Below, piece after piece: positions 23,484 through 35,420 of a DNA stretch of 64,000 nt; within the stretch, counting starts at the first letter, position 1, and the number at the start of each line of letters is the position of its first letter. Source of the DNA: Rebecca billardiae RCC1528. Taxonomy: Eukaryota > Protista > Haptophyta. The notes under the pieces were generated by a model. The model was not told the origin of the DNA and ran no database searches. It worked only from the letters and a program-made list of their open reading frames with translations. The position numbers and the translations under genes were made by a program. The DNA lies in the NCBI GenBank assembly GCA_965240325.2, contig OZ251228.1, forward strand, positions 1,240,001-1,304,000, in the 5' to 3' direction.

Positions 23484-23906
23484 AGAACGCTCGTCCGCCG
23501 CCTCCGCCCGACCGTTGATGTACCAACGCAGGCCGCCATCGCGCCGTCCAGTACTCCAGTCAAAATAATCATGTCGTCCAGGACCGATCGATCTCGTCGC
23601 ACGAAGGATTTCGTTTCCGCTCGTCGGACGCCGAAAGCGGGTAGGCTGGTCGGGTAGTTCGCGGCCTTTGCCGCGCTGGGCGCGCAGGCGGCTGACGTCA
23701 GCCGCACGTTGGCCGCAACTCCGGCGCGGATCCGCATCACACACCGGCACAATCCCGTGTCGAGGCCGTGATCATGACTGTTCATCGCGTGTGGCCTTTT
23801 GTCTGCCCGTTGACACGGGCGGGCGGCCGCTTCCTCGCGCGCGGAACGGCACAGCTCAAAGCGCCCCGCCGCCCGCGCCCTTTGGACGGGGAGCGCGCGC
23901 GCCACG

Positions 23907-24683
23907 ATGAACGCCAGCCAACTGGCGGCAGACGCGGTGCGGGCGGACGCGTGGACGATCGTCGAGCGGCTGCTCGAGAGCAACGCCAACTTCGCGCGCG
24001 ACGCCGTCGTCGACGGCAACACCCTGCTCCACGTCGCAGCGTTCTTTGGCGCGGCCAATTCAGCGGCCGTGCTGCTGCTGCACGGCGCCGACCCGTCGCA
24101 GGTGAACGCCGCGGGGCAGACCGCCGTCGACCTCGCCTTCCTGAACGGGCACGATGGCCTCGTCGCAAAGCTCGCCGTCCTCGGCAACGCCCCCGAGGGC
24201 ACCAGCATCGCCGCGCACACAGACGCTTCCGAGATGTTGTCTGGCATAGTCGCCACCGACGTCGTCTCCTTCGGCGCGCTGCCGCACGACGCGTTCGTGC
24301 GCATCCTGAGCCTGCTCGACGTGCACAGCGTGCTCGCATGCGGCCGCGTGTGCCGCAAGCTCGCCAAGGCCCTCGACGACAGTTGGCTCTGGGAGATGCT
24401 GTGCTGGCACCACTGGCGGTGCGACTCGCTGCAGGCGCGGCGAGGCCTGTGCACGTGGAAGGACGTGTACAAGGAGCAGCACATCTGCCACCGCGCGCAG
24501 CAGCGGCACCGCGAGCGACGAGAGGTGCAGAGCCTCGCCGCGCAGCTCTCCGCCGCCGCCGGCGCCTCCGACTCCCCCAAGCGCCAGCTGCGCGCCGGCG
24601 AGGATCTCTTCTCCACACCCAAGATGGTGCCCACAATGGCCACCTCGATCGAGGAGCTGTTCGAGCCGCTCGCGCCGCTGTGA
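23907..24683 (+). CDS. Ankyrin-repeat + F-box protein
   Basis: GNTLLHVAAFFG, GQTAVDLAFLNGH; F-box LPHDAFVRILSLLDVHSVLACGRVCRKL...DSWLW. Confidence 0.85.
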   Translation: MNASQLAADAVRADAWTIVERLLESNANFARDAVVDGNTLLHVAAFFGAANSAAVLLLHGADPSQVNAAGQTAVDLAFLNGHDGLVAKLAVLGNAPEGTSIAAHTDASEMLSGIVATDVVSFGALPHDAFVRILSLLDVHSVLACGRVCRKLAKALDDSWLWEMLCWHHWRCDSLQARRGLCTWKDVYKEQHICHRAQQRHRERREVQSLAAQLSAAAGASDSPKRQLRAGEDLFSTPKMVPTMATSIEELFEPLAPL

Positions 24684-25986
24684 CGCCGCGCCGTCGGCGC
24701 CGCGCCGCCCGCGCCACTATGCGCGGCAGGCACCGCACACACGGCGAGCCCGCAACGCTGCTGCTGCGGGCGTTCTCTCCTCTGTCTGCGCGCCCCCGCG
24801 CGCCAGCAGCTCCGACGTTCCCGCTGCCCGTAGTACTAGTATGTCTTATCCCCTGCCAGCGCCGACCCGGCGACCCAGGACGTCAATCAAGCTGAGGTTT
24901 GCTGAGGGTCAAGGGCGCGACACCGTCGCGTGCCTGTCATCGTGCAATGCGCCCAAGGCGCAGGCATCGACGCACCGCCGACCACGCGGCGGCTTCAGTT
25001 CAATCAGTACTGACCGAGTCGTCGCCACCCCCGGGCGTCGATTCCGAACCCGTGTAAGAAAGTTACTATTATTATTATTATTATTATAGTAATTTATTTA
25101 TATAAAGTAATTCACTGTCACGGTCCGACTAGTCAGTCCGCCGTAATAAATCGTCACCAGGCCTCGGGTCTAGTCAGGTCTACTAGTACGGCTGTCACCG
25201 GCGCTACTGGAACCGTATAGTGGAACTCAGTCTAATTATTCCGCCGATGCCACAGTCACCTGACAGTCACCTGCCGACGTAGTGCCGTCCTGCGCCCGCG
25301 GACGGCGGAGGCCGGAGTCACCGACACCTCACACCGACGTGCCACGTGGCAGTCAGTCCGCTATCCAAAAAATGACGATATAACTGATGGCGGCGTATCG
25401 AATGACCGTGACGACGATGAGATTAAGAATCATCACAGCGCGGCAGCAATTATTATATATATGCGCGGCGCGCGCTCTGGATGATCTGTGAATGCAGAAT
25501 ACAGCTCAGCAGTCAAATAGCTATATTATTGACTCAGAAGCAAATCAGAGTCAGCCCGCAGCCGCCCGATGGCATCGCCGGGCGATGGCGATATAACCAA
25601 TTATTGCGCAACGACCCGCCGCCAGCCGTACTACTCATCACAGCGCGCGCTAATAAATTAATTAGGCTAATTGACTCTCAGTGACGACCTGCGAACTCTC
25701 GGTACTGACAGCGCCGGCACGGCCTCCTGACAGACTGTGCCTGTATGCCGCCGGACAGAACAGCTGAGACAGCCGGACGCCGGTCATCAATCAGCCCGGT
25801 GCCAGGCGGTGGCGGTGCGGCGCGGACAGCAGGCGGTAACACTTACACAGACACTACAGCAGTGAGCAGGCCGTCCGTCCGCACTCGACTCCGGCTGACC
25901 CGACTGACCAGCGAAATAAGGTTGAACGAGTTTCCACCAGCAGCGCCTGGCGCCGCAGTCGACGCGGTCCAGCTCCGAGTCTCACC

Positions 25987-27243
25987 TCAGCCCTGCGGCT
26001 GCAGCGGCGTGACGCAGGACGGCGAGCTGCACGCCACCTGCGCGCCTCGCACCGCCGAAAGCCGGCCATCCTTGCCCAGCCGGAACACCTGCAGGCTGTC
26101 GCCGTCCTGGTTCGCGACGACGCAGAACTCGGCCGGCTGTGCGTTCGGAGCCGCGGCCGGCACGCGCACGAGGTTGAAGTCACGCGGCGTCTCACCCGTG
26201 CGCGCGCTCGCGCGGCGGGTGAGGCCGCCGGTGCGCTCATCGATCTCGAAGAGCACGACACACGACTTGTTGCGCGCACGGAGCGACGCGTAGAGCCAAC
26301 GCCCCGCCGCGTGCAGCTTGAGCGCGCCGCCGTACACGTCAGGCTTGCCGCTTAGCTTGGGGTCGATCGGCACGTCGGGCGCGGCGCGCGCCACGCGCCA
26401 GCCGGTGGGCCCAGTCTCGAGAGCGAGCGGCGTGACTGTCGAGCTCAGCTCGTTCACAACATACGCGAGCCGTCGGGTCGGGTGATGCGCTGCCTGCCGC
26501 GGGCCCGCGCCTGGCAGGCACTCGAATGCGACGGATGGGTGCGCCCACTGGCCACTCGTCAGATCGCGCTGGATCATCCACAGCACATTGGATCCGAGGT
26601 CGCAGACGAGGGCGGCCGACGCGTCGAGCGGGAGCGCGCAGTGTGCGTGCGGGCCGTCCTGCCGCTCGGGCACCGCACCCGGGAAGGTGATGCCTTTGCC
26701 CAGCTGCAGCCGCGCCGACAGCGGCCCAAGGATGCTCGAGGGCACGCCAAGGCCGTACGAGCAGACCAAGCCGTCGGCGTAGTTGCACACCAGGAGCTGC
26801 GGGGTGGCGCCGTAGTGCGGCTCTTTCGTGCCGAAGCAGATGAAGCCCGGTGCCCGCGGGGCGGCCGTCTCGGCTCCGGGGCCGCCCTGCAGGACGGCCG
26901 TGTTGCATGCATCTGTCCCGGGATCCTTCTCCGCACGCAGCAGCCAGCCGCTGGCGCCGTCGGCGGCGAGGCGTAGCGCGCGCGCGGACGAGCGGGCGAC
27001 GTCGTCTACCTCGTTGCACACGAGCAGCACGTTGCCGCCGGCCGAAGGCACGGACGTCGCCGACATGTAGGTCGGGTTCGGGCCGCACACATCTGGTCCA
27101 ATCGTGCAACTGCGCGAAAGCTGACCGTTCGAGCCGAGGCGAAAGAGAGTGATCCCCGCACCGCGGCCCGCGACGAAGGGCATTCGCTCGGTGTACGAGC
27201 CAATCGCAATCAGCGCGCTCGGCGGCGTGGTGAGGGCGGCCAT
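25987..27243 (-). CDS. 6-phosphogluconolactonase-like 7-bladed beta-propeller lactonase (cycloisomerase 2 / Pgl family)
   Basis: IGSYT, GPNPTY, CNY..G, GAVPERQDGPHAH, CDLG, GAGPRQ, AYVVNELSSTV, LYASLR, GETPRDF, VANQDGD; intronless, 418 aa. Confidence 0.88.
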   Translation of the reverse strand: MAALTTPPSALIAIGSYTERMPFVAGRGAGITLFRLGSNGQLSRSCTIGPDVCGPNPTYMSATSVPSAGGNVLLVCNEVDDVARSSARALRLAADGASGWLLRAEKDPGTDACNTAVLQGGPGAETAAPRAPGFICFGTKEPHYGATPQLLVCNYADGLVCSYGLGVPSSILGPLSARLQLGKGITFPGAVPERQDGPHAHCALPLDASAALVCDLGSNVLWMIQRDLTSGQWAHPSVAFECLPGAGPRQAAHHPTRRLAYVVNELSSTVTPLALETGPTGWRVARAAPDVPIDPKLSGKPDVYGGALKLHAAGRWLYASLRARNKSCVVLFEIDERTGGLTRRASARTGETPRDFNLVRVPAAAPNAQPAEFCVVANQDGDSLQVFRLGKDGRLSAVRGAQVACSSPSCVTPLQPQG

Positions 27244-27594
27244 GGCGGCCGCAATTTTGGGTCCGCCTGAAAATAGAAATATCCAATATATGACATCATG
27301 ATTCCGATAGCAGTGTCATCCCAAATTTCAATAGCGGCACCAAGACGGTTGAGTCACGGTTCGAGGTTGGACAGTGGCAGCCCAGTAGTTCTTCCTATCA
27401 CAGGCGCCCGAACCAGTACGGTACAAGCTCGCTCCTTTTGATAGTTGATACGCTGACTGAATAATAGCATCTTGAATTCGTGCTGTAACACCGGCTTGAA
27501 ATGAACCGCACCTCAACGGGCCGCGCACCCACCTGCCTTGCTGTGTGCTCGGCACACAATGCGGCGGAGGTAGGTGGCGGCTCACCGCTTCGCC

Positions 27595-29442
27595 ATGGTG
27601 AGGTGTGGCCACACACACAGGGGCGCGCGTGCCTGCGTCTCCTACCTGCTGATCGCGGCCAGCAGCACGCTCGAGATCAGCGACGAGACGGCCAAGTCGC
27701 GTGTTAGCGCAGCAGGCAGCGGCGGCGACATCCTGTCGCCAGACCGCTGTGTGAGTGGCGAGCACGGTCCCAGCGTTGCTGTCAAACGCAGGCTGACGGG
27801 CCCGGAGCTACCGCTCGACGCGCGGCGGCCGGCGCCATATCCGCTGGTGCCCCCGGCGTCGTCTGAGTTTGGGCCGGACGAGCGCCAGGTCCTGGAGCAG
27901 ACTCGCGCGCGCCAGGCAGCGCTGGCCGACGCAGGGCCGCAGCGCGGCGGCGGCTGGATCGAGGCTGCCGTGCGCACGCAGCTGCGAAACTGGTTTGCGC
28001 GCGGCTCATGGTATGTGGCACGCTGGACGGCGGAGCTCTCGGCACGATACCCTGCGGCGTACGTGCTGCGTATCGAGCGTGGTGTCGTGCACCGGCTGTA
28101 CGATGGCCTGCCCGGCTACAGGCGCCACCGACTCGTTGCATATCTGACTCTGTTTGCTGACGTCGCGCGGCTCGACCCAGAGCTGAATGTCACTTTCGTG
28201 GCCTTCCCGCAGGACGGCTGTCCAGGCAACGCTCGGCCGCAGCCCGAAGCGAGCGGGACGTCGTGTCCGCTCGTGTGCGAGAAGAGCTCGCACAGGGCTC
28301 GCCCTGCTGGCAACGAGTCAACGCTCAGGTCCAGCACGTGCGCGCGCGCGCCTCGTCGGGCCACATGCAAGTGCGGCAAGTACGTGGCGCAGCCGAGCAG
28401 CATGAGCGTCCGGCCGGGCCTCGAACCCACCCGGCTGCCGGTGCCGGTGCTGTGCTTCCAGAAGGACGTGCAAAACCACGAAGCAGCGCTGATTCCGGAG
28501 CTCGAGCTGCTCATGGGTCGCGGGCGTTGGTCCAAGCGGAAGATGATGAGCCGCAGGTCTCGCAGGTCCTCTGCCTCGTCACGCCGGCTGCGAGTGCACC
28601 GACACGTGCCGCCGCGCTCGCTGCACGACGCGCGCGGCGCGCTGCTCTCGCACAGCTACGAGTATCGTTCAAACATCAGCGCGCAGGATGACCTGCCGTG
28701 GGCGGAGAAGCGCGGGGGCGTTGCCTACTTTGCAGGCACTCCCTCTGGGCTACACCACGGTATGCTCAACCAGCGCTTGCGCGTGTGCTTGGCACATCAG
28801 CTGCTGGCCAAGCCGAGCCCGAGCGGTGTGCCATCAGCTGAGGCTGTGGGAGGCGGCACCGCGAATGCGTCGTCGCATGCCTTCATCGAGCCGCTGGCGC
28901 ATCCGTCTGGCCTTCGGTGTCGCCTCGTCCTCCCTGCGTGCCCCAGCAGCCCTGATGTGCAGCTGGGCGAGTGCGCGGATGGCTCCGCGCTGGCCACCTC
29001 TGTGCGCGGCTCATGGGGTGAAGCACTTGAGCATCGGTACGTCCTGTCGATGGATGGCAATGGCGCGACGTGCTCGCGCGTGTACCTTGCCCTGCGAAGC
29101 CGCTCCGTCCTTCTCAAGCTCGAGGCTGCGCCGCCACTCGCGCTGCAATCGACGCTCTACTTCCACACAGCGCTGCGTGCGTGGGAGCACTTTGTGCCGG
29201 TGACGGAGGGCAACATCGCTCAGACGGTGGCTTGGCTTGACGCGCACGAGGACGTGGCGCAGGACATAGCGGAGGCAGGCCGCGCGTTTGCGGAACAGGA
29301 GTACACGTACGACGTTGCCGTGTGGTACGCGCACTTCCTGCTGCACGCACTTGCGCAGCTTCATCGTCGTGAACATCGTCATCATGTTCTCGCGACACTA
29401 CCGGCTGATGTCCGGCGCACCGCATTCTTCACTGCTGATTAA
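27595..29442 (+). CDS. Glycosyltransferase family 90 (CAP10-like); may contain an intron near 28557-28654
   Basis: N-terminal hydrophobic anchor; LPWAEKR..AYFAG, HRYVLSMDGNG..CSR..LAL.S.SVLLK, YFHTALRAWEHFVPV, AQDIAEAGRAFA. Confidence 0.8.
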   Translation: MVRCGHTHRGARACVSYLLIAASSTLEISDETAKSRVSAAGSGGDILSPDRCVSGEHGPSVAVKRRLTGPELPLDARRPAPYPLVPPASSEFGPDERQVLEQTRARQAALADAGPQRGGGWIEAAVRTQLRNWFARGSWYVARWTAELSARYPAAYVLRIERGVVHRLYDGLPGYRRHRLVAYLTLFADVARLDPELNVTFVAFPQDGCPGNARPQPEASGTSCPLVCEKSSHRARPAGNESTLRSSTCARAPRRATCKCGKYVAQPSSMSVRPGLEPTRLPVPVLCFQKDVQNHEAALIPELELLMGRGRWSKRKMMSRRSRRSSASSRRLRVHRHVPPRSLHDARGALLSHSYEYRSNISAQDDLPWAEKRGGVAYFAGTPSGLHHGMLNQRLRVCLAHQLLAKPSPSGVPSAEAVGGGTANASSHAFIEPLAHPSGLRCRLVLPACPSSPDVQLGECADGSALATSVRGSWGEALEHRYVLSMDGNGATCSRVYLALRSRSVLLKLEAAPPLALQSTLYFHTALRAWEHFVPVTEGNIAQTVAWLDAHEDVAQDIAEAGRAFAEQEYTYDVAVWYAHFLLHALAQLHRREHRHHVLATLPADVRRTAFFTAD

Positions 29443-29924
29443 TTCGGTGTCGTCATGGCGGCTCACAGGAGTCACGACCGCACTAGTCTCTGCTTCTCTC
29501 CGCGTCTCCGCCGAGTCTCCAGGGACTCTCGTCTGCTCCGAGCACTGCGCGCTAGACGGCCCCGATGCAGATGCTGCGCCAGCCCATCGGACCCATCACG
29601 CCATCACGGCGCGGTGAACTCGTGACGGTGAGAATAAGCGCTAGCTACAGTTGCTATGCGTTAACTGTGCACACTTGGTTAGTATTGTGATTCATCCGAG
29701 ATTATTATATATATTATATTTGTGGCGCGCGGGACAGACAATTCCGCTGAACTGCTGCTGACATGCACAAATAATCCGATGCTAGCTACTGACGATGCCG
29801 TCAGGATAATGACGATATTCGGATACTACTATATCGTCGCAGGTCAGATTCGTCAATATTATAAGAATTATAAGTTGCGTCGTAGTGCACTGATAAAGTG
29901 ACGACACTGCTAATAACAATAAGA

Positions 29925-30037
<113 letters not shown>

Positions 30038-30374
30038 CTCGGACAGTAGGCGTCGCGGCGCGGACTCCGCGCGCGGACGGATGCGGAATCCGGATGGCGC
30101 AATAATATATATATGATGGGCGCATATATGGCCGATGATATATATATACATGATGCCTATACGTATAACTCATCGATACATCATCAGACTCGTCGCGGAA
30201 TTGATCATGCGCCACTCTGTCACTCATTGCTGATGGCCATTGGCCTGTGAATAGCGGCTAATTTGTGCCGCGACGATCGATGTCGAATGTAAGTGCCGCG
30301 CCCCGGACCCGGCGGTGTGCGTAGACTCTCAAGGCGGTATATGTATCTGCGAATCCTATACGGCGCATTGCTGT

Positions 30375-30410
30375 AGAGAGAGAGAGAGAGAGATCTCGAG
30401 AGAGATTAGA

Positions 30411-30446
<36 letters not shown>

Positions 30447-30468
30447 TCGAGAGAGAGAGAGAGAGAGA
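30375..30468. repeat. Compound (GA)n/(GT)n microsatellite
   Basis: Direct inspection. Confidence 0.9.
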
Positions 30469-30487
30469 GCAGTCAGCATATGCTAGC

Positions 30488-31558
30488 TTATTCGACATCA
30501 CCGTCGTCGATGCCGCCGGTCGACGCCTCAAACTCGTGGCCGTCGACGACGCCGTCCCACATGGGGAACGCCTGCCGTTTGTCCATGAAGACCTGCACAC
30601 TCCTCCGCCCGGCTGAGTCCAGGTCGATGAGCCAGTATGCATCTGCACCGCGCACCCGGCCCCGCAGCAGCCCCACGATGGAGACCCCGGCGGCCTCCAC
30701 CACGAGCGAGAAGGTGCTCGTGGTGACGGTGCACTCCACGTCGCGCGAGCCGACTGAGTCCGGGATGGGAACAGACAGCGTGACGGTGGCCTCAGTCTCC
30801 TCCCAGTCGTACTGCGTGCCGCTGGGCGCGCGTGCTCGGCCGCGGCGCGTCTCGAAGTCCACGGGCTCGTCCGTGCGGCCTGCCCACTCGTCGAAGTCCG
30901 AGAGGTCCACAGTCACCTCGCCCTCCTCGTCCTCGTCGTCCAGATCGTCGAAGGGGTCCGGCTGCTGCGCGTACTCGGCGCCGCCCTCAAAGTCCTCCCA
31001 GCCGAGCAGCTCGATCTCGAAGTCGAGGGTGGTGTTGGACGGGATGGACGGGCGCACGCCGCGCGCGCCGTACGCGTACTCCGGCCGGCAGCGCACGAGC
31101 GCGAGCTCATCGCGCACCATGGTGCCGACGGCCGTCTCCCATCCGCGGATCACCGTGCCAGCGCCCAGCACAAACTCGAAGGGAGCACCACGGTCGCGGC
31201 TTGAGTCGAACTGCTCGCCGGTGGCCGCAAGTCGGCCGACATAATGGACGCGCACGCGAGCCCCCATCGGTGGCGTCCCGGCGATCAGTCCAAACGGATT
31301 CGGTGGCTCCACCTGCCCCTGCTGCAGCACCATCTTCACGACGCCTCCATCGCCAGAGCAATCCACAGCGCCTGATCCGAGCGATGTCGAGGCCGGTGCG
31401 GTCACGCCAGCGCCATCGGAGTTGCCCAGGGGTGTGCCGCAGAGAATGACGCGCGATCGCGCGTGGGTGCGACCGAACGCCCGGTGGGACCCCAGCTGCG
31501 TGGAGGACAGCGTCCACGCCAGCACGGCCACGTACCAGCATGCCGGCAGCACCGCCAT
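30488..31558 (-). CDS. FKBP-type peptidyl-prolyl isomerase fused to a CS/p23-like domain, with putative bipartite (plastid) presequence
   Basis: GDGGVVK, VRVHYVGRL..GEQFDSSRDRGAPFEFVLG..VIRGWE..YAYG..G..PSIP..TLDFEIELL; C-terminal YDWEETEATVTLSVP...V.C.V...L.G.V...DAYW (CS domain). Confidence 0.88.
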   Translation of the reverse strand: MAVLPACWYVAVLAWTLSSTQLGSHRAFGRTHARSRVILCGTPLGNSDGAGVTAPASTSLGSGAVDCSGDGGVVKMVLQQGQVEPPNPFGLIAGTPPMGARVRVHYVGRLAATGEQFDSSRDRGAPFEFVLGAGTVIRGWETAVGTMVRDELALVRCRPEYAYGARGVRPSIPSNTTLDFEIELLGWEDFEGGAEYAQQPDPFDDLDDEDEEGEVTVDLSDFDEWAGRTDEPVDFETRRGRARAPSGTQYDWEETEATVTLSVPIPDSVGSRDVECTVTTSTFSLVVEAAGVSIVGLLRGRVRGADAYWLIDLDSAGRRSVQVFMDKRQAFPMWDGVVDGHEFEASTGGIDDGDVE

Positions 31559-31708
31559 GCTCGCTGGATTCTTTTTCTCGGCCGAACGACGCTTTTTGCC
31601 TGCTGCATATTTTTGGTCGTGCCCAAAAAGACCTGTTGTAACGAACTAATAGGGAAATGACGAAGCTCCGCCGCGTTCCCACCACACACGAGCACGTTGA
31701 TACACACC

Positions 31709-32716
31709 ATGCCGACGGCCGTCATGATGGCGCGGCGCCGCCCGCCGGAGCCCCAACCCAAGCCCCCGCCGCCCACCACGCCCTTCTCGTCGCCGTTTCA
31801 TCGCTACCCTTATGGCTTTCCAGCGCCACCGGGTCGCGAAAGCCCGGGGCCCGTGCAGTACACCCCGGCAAACAGCGGCGTTCGCGCTCGTCAGCCACGC
31901 GTGACGTTTCCGCGTGACGGTCGCAACAAGTACCTCGCGCACTCATTCCCGCACGACTATGTGCGGCCAGGGGGGATGGCCGCGTCGCACGTCGTGCGAG
32001 AACGACGCGCAAGCCCGTCGCCCACGTTCGACCCCCGGCGCACCATCAAAGGCTGCGCGTCAAGCGGCTCCCAGCGCACCCTCTCCCTATCCTCGACGAT
32101 GGAGACACCCGGGCCCGTCTACAGCGGCGATTACACGCGCCTTTCGCACCATCGCCGAGCGCGCCCTGGCTCGGCGTTCACGCGAGAGGATCGGCTCAAT
32201 CGCACGATGGCGCCCAGCGTCGATGGGCCGGGCCCAGGCGTGCAGGCTCCCTCACTTCGGCTCACCTCGCGCCGTCCGCGCTCGGCCATCATTGCCACCT
32301 CGAGCGCGCGCTCCTCGCTGCGCACACCCTCTCAGGCTGACGAGCCGGTGTGGCCGGGGCCTGGCTCCTACTACGCCGAGCCGATCGGCCCGCGCGTCTG
32401 CTCGCCTGTCCTCGGCTCCGCCAGCCGGCAGTACGCCTGCACCGTGCAGGACGTGACCAACCCCGGGGCGCGAGCGCGCGCATCGCCCGGGCCGGCCGCG
32501 TACCAACCCCACTACGAGGCGCGCCTCCGTACGTCGCCCGCGTGGACATGGTCGGCTCGACCCGCCGCTGAGACGCGGGAGGCGTGGGGCGCGCCGGGCG
32601 ACCCATTCGGCACGTCGGTGGACTCTGACAGCTCGCAGGCCTCGCGGCCGCGGACAGCGCAGGTGCGCACAGCCTCACACTCGCACAGCATGGCCGGGTC
32701 CAAATCCACCGACTAA
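31709..32716 (+). CDS. SHIPPO/STPGR (sperm-tail PG-rich repeat, ODF3-like) axonemal protein
   Basis: Repeated ESPGPVQY, ETPGPVY, GPGPG, PGPGSYY, SPGPAAY motifs. Confidence 0.7.
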   Translation: MPTAVMMARRRPPEPQPKPPPPTTPFSSPFHRYPYGFPAPPGRESPGPVQYTPANSGVRARQPRVTFPRDGRNKYLAHSFPHDYVRPGGMAASHVVRERRASPSPTFDPRRTIKGCASSGSQRTLSLSSTMETPGPVYSGDYTRLSHHRRARPGSAFTREDRLNRTMAPSVDGPGPGVQAPSLRLTSRRPRSAIIATSSARSSLRTPSQADEPVWPGPGSYYAEPIGPRVCSPVLGSASRQYACTVQDVTNPGARARASPGPAAYQPHYEARLRTSPAWTWSARPAAETREAWGAPGDPFGTSVDSDSSQASRPRTAQVRTASHSHSMAGSKSTD

Positions 32717-33790
32717 GCTACGAGTACTACTCGGTACTGGGCGCGTGCGATGCGGCTCGGAACCGATGCTTCATTGATGGCGGCCAACGTCGATTGCACG
32801 CACGCGCGTCACTACCCATCCGTCCTACTGGCGCCACGGCGGATCATCGACCGCTGCGCTGCAGGCTAGTGAACGGTCAACGGATCGATGCCGCGTGGAT
32901 GGCCGCACGAGCCTGACCGGTGGCATCGTAGACCTAGTATTATGAGCGAGTCTCAGAATGGGACTGAGCCGGAACGTCCGTGTGTGGCTGACTGCAGTGG
33001 CACTCTCAGCCATGTCTGACCCGCGCGTCAGCCGAGCCGACTCTGCAGCGCCGCCCCGCGAAGCAGAATAAACAAATATAATTATAATAAGAGCAGGATC
33101 ATGACGACAGCCCGTCGCCCGTCGGACTCTCTCTCGACCAGTTTAACCGTCCGTGCGCGCCGAACTGTCGTAACCGTGGCTCCAGTGTCGTATTATTCGT
33201 AACCGTAGTCCGTACTCACTCTCACAGTGTCCGAGCGACAGACAGCAGTCTGAACCGGCTCCCGCCGGAACTCATGACGCCTGTTGGCGTTACTCGCGCG
33301 TTAGTTAGTATATACACTCCCGCCGTTATTACCCAGCAGCTGAGTTAGAAAGATCGTCGACGACTCGCGCGGTGACGACTCGCGGCTGACAGTTGGTAAC
33401 ATACTGTTACATAATTAAGATATTCTAGACTCGTATCTAGTACGACTCAGTTAATATTACTACTATTATATATAAATTTTACAATTGAGCGATACATGAT
33501 CTGCGCTATCTGTCACTCGTATCGGCTGTCGGCCCGTCCGGCGGCAGCGTGACTCAGAGTCAGACAGATCGGTAACAGATGTCACAGAATGACAGATTGA
33601 ATGAGATTGACTCCGAGATGGCGCCGATAATAGTTACATATCGGAAATTCCGATATGTAACTATTAATAAATTGCGAATTCGTCGAATTCTAAGGCGCTG
33701 ATGCATGTATATCGTCGTAAGGTCAGACCTAGCTACGTAAATGGCATATCACAAATAGCAGTCGTTATCCCCGCCGGGCGAAACGAACCA

Positions 33791-34977
33791 TCAGTCGCCG
33801 CCGTGTCTAGCCTGCAGCGACTTCTTTGCGACCAGCACGACGGCCATGGCGCAACACAACACCAGCAGCAGGTAGATGCACAGCATCACCTTCGAATTCT
33901 TCTGGTACTCATTGGCCTTGACGAGCTCGCCCACCGCCCCGGAGATCTTCTCTGACGCCTGCTCGATGTTATAGTCGATGCGGTCGAGCACCGTGCCCTG
34001 GTCGATCACGAGCACGTGGATCTCCTTGAAGATCTCCTGCAGCTCAACCACGCTCGTCATGATCTGCTCGACCGCCGCGTTGCGCTCGGCGATCTGGCGC
34101 TCGTTGTTGTCGAGCACTTGCATCTGCTCGTGGTCGAAGCGCGGATCGAGGATCCTCTCTGCCTCGGCCGTGATGCTCGCCGCGCTCACGTCGCCAATGT
34201 CGATGGCCACGTCGTCCCCGGCCTTCTGCCCCTGTAGCTCTGCGCGCGCGAGCGGTCGGCGAGGCGCGGGGCGCACCACGCGCGCGCGCACGGACTCAGC
34301 GCGCGGCCCACGTCGACGGGGCGCGGGGCGCGCCGCGCGCACTGTTCAGGTAGTTCTTTTGCTTCCTGCGGAACTGGAAGTGCAGCTCCTGCAGCTGCGT
34401 GGCGCTCGTCGCCAGGATGTTCTTCCGAACCATCGCGTCCGAGCTCTCCGGGTCTGCCTGTTTGTTCTCGGCCGAGAGCTGCTTCATGCGCTTCTCGCAT
34501 TGCTTGAAGAGCTGCGTCAGCTCGACCGTCATGCGCTGGATGCGGTCCTCCTTGTCATCCTCGTCGTTGAAGCCGGGCAGCAGGTGCCGGCCATGATCCT
34601 GCGTCAGCTCAGAGACTGGGGAGCACGGAGCGCGCCGGAGTGGCCAAGGTGAGTGGGTGCCAGCACCGGCTCGGATGGGCGCGCGGGCGCAGTCCGCCGA
34701 ACACGTGCGCGCGTGGCTGCCGCGTGCGCGTACGCTTCGTGCGGATACTGCCCATGTCGCGGTTGAGCTCGTCCACGACCGCCACCCACAGCGGCGGGAC
34801 TGTGATGCTGCACGCGTTCTCGCACGACGACGCGTCGTCGTCGCTCATGCCCGGCTGCTTGAGCAGGCTACGATCGACCTTCATGTCCTTCAGCTCGATC
34901 GCCTTGTGAGACCGCCGATTGCCGCGTAGCCTCTCCCGCTGCGCAATGAACTCGCGCGTGCGCGAGCGACTCGCCAT
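33791..34977 (-). CDS. STX16: Syntaxin-16/SYP4/Tlg2-type Qa-SNARE, 3 exons
   Basis: N-peptide MASRSRTREF, PPLWV, HLLPGF, FRRKQKNYL, SNARE domain IFKEIHVLVIDQGTVLDRIDYNIE, C-terminal TM; both introns restore the frame. Confidence 0.9.
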
Positions 34978-35420
34978 GGCGGACGAGTCGATCTGCAGCG
35001 CGGAGATGTTGCGCGGCGGACGCGGCCGGACCGCGCGCCGCCCGGACGGGGACGTGAAAATGCAGGCGCGGAAGAAAATCACGACGACGGAAAAGGAGCA
35101 GCACGGCAGGTCAAAATGTGGCTGCGCTGCGCTCAGCCGCTCACGCTGACACCGTGTCACAACTTTGGGCAGGCGCCGTCGGAAGGCTGCATACTATGTA
35201 GCCTCAGCGCGGTGCCCTCTGATCACTCGCACCGATGGTTAGCCGTACGTAGTGCACGCGACGCGAGGCTGCACGACGAGCCCCTGGCCTTTTACCATGC
35301 GCACACGTAGGTCTCGCAGGATTGTTTGAACACACCCAAAAATCATTGTCAAAGGTATAGCCGCGCAAGGCCGCTGTTTGGGCAGCAGCGCTGCGGCGCA
35401 TTCGTGCACGTGCAGCGTGT

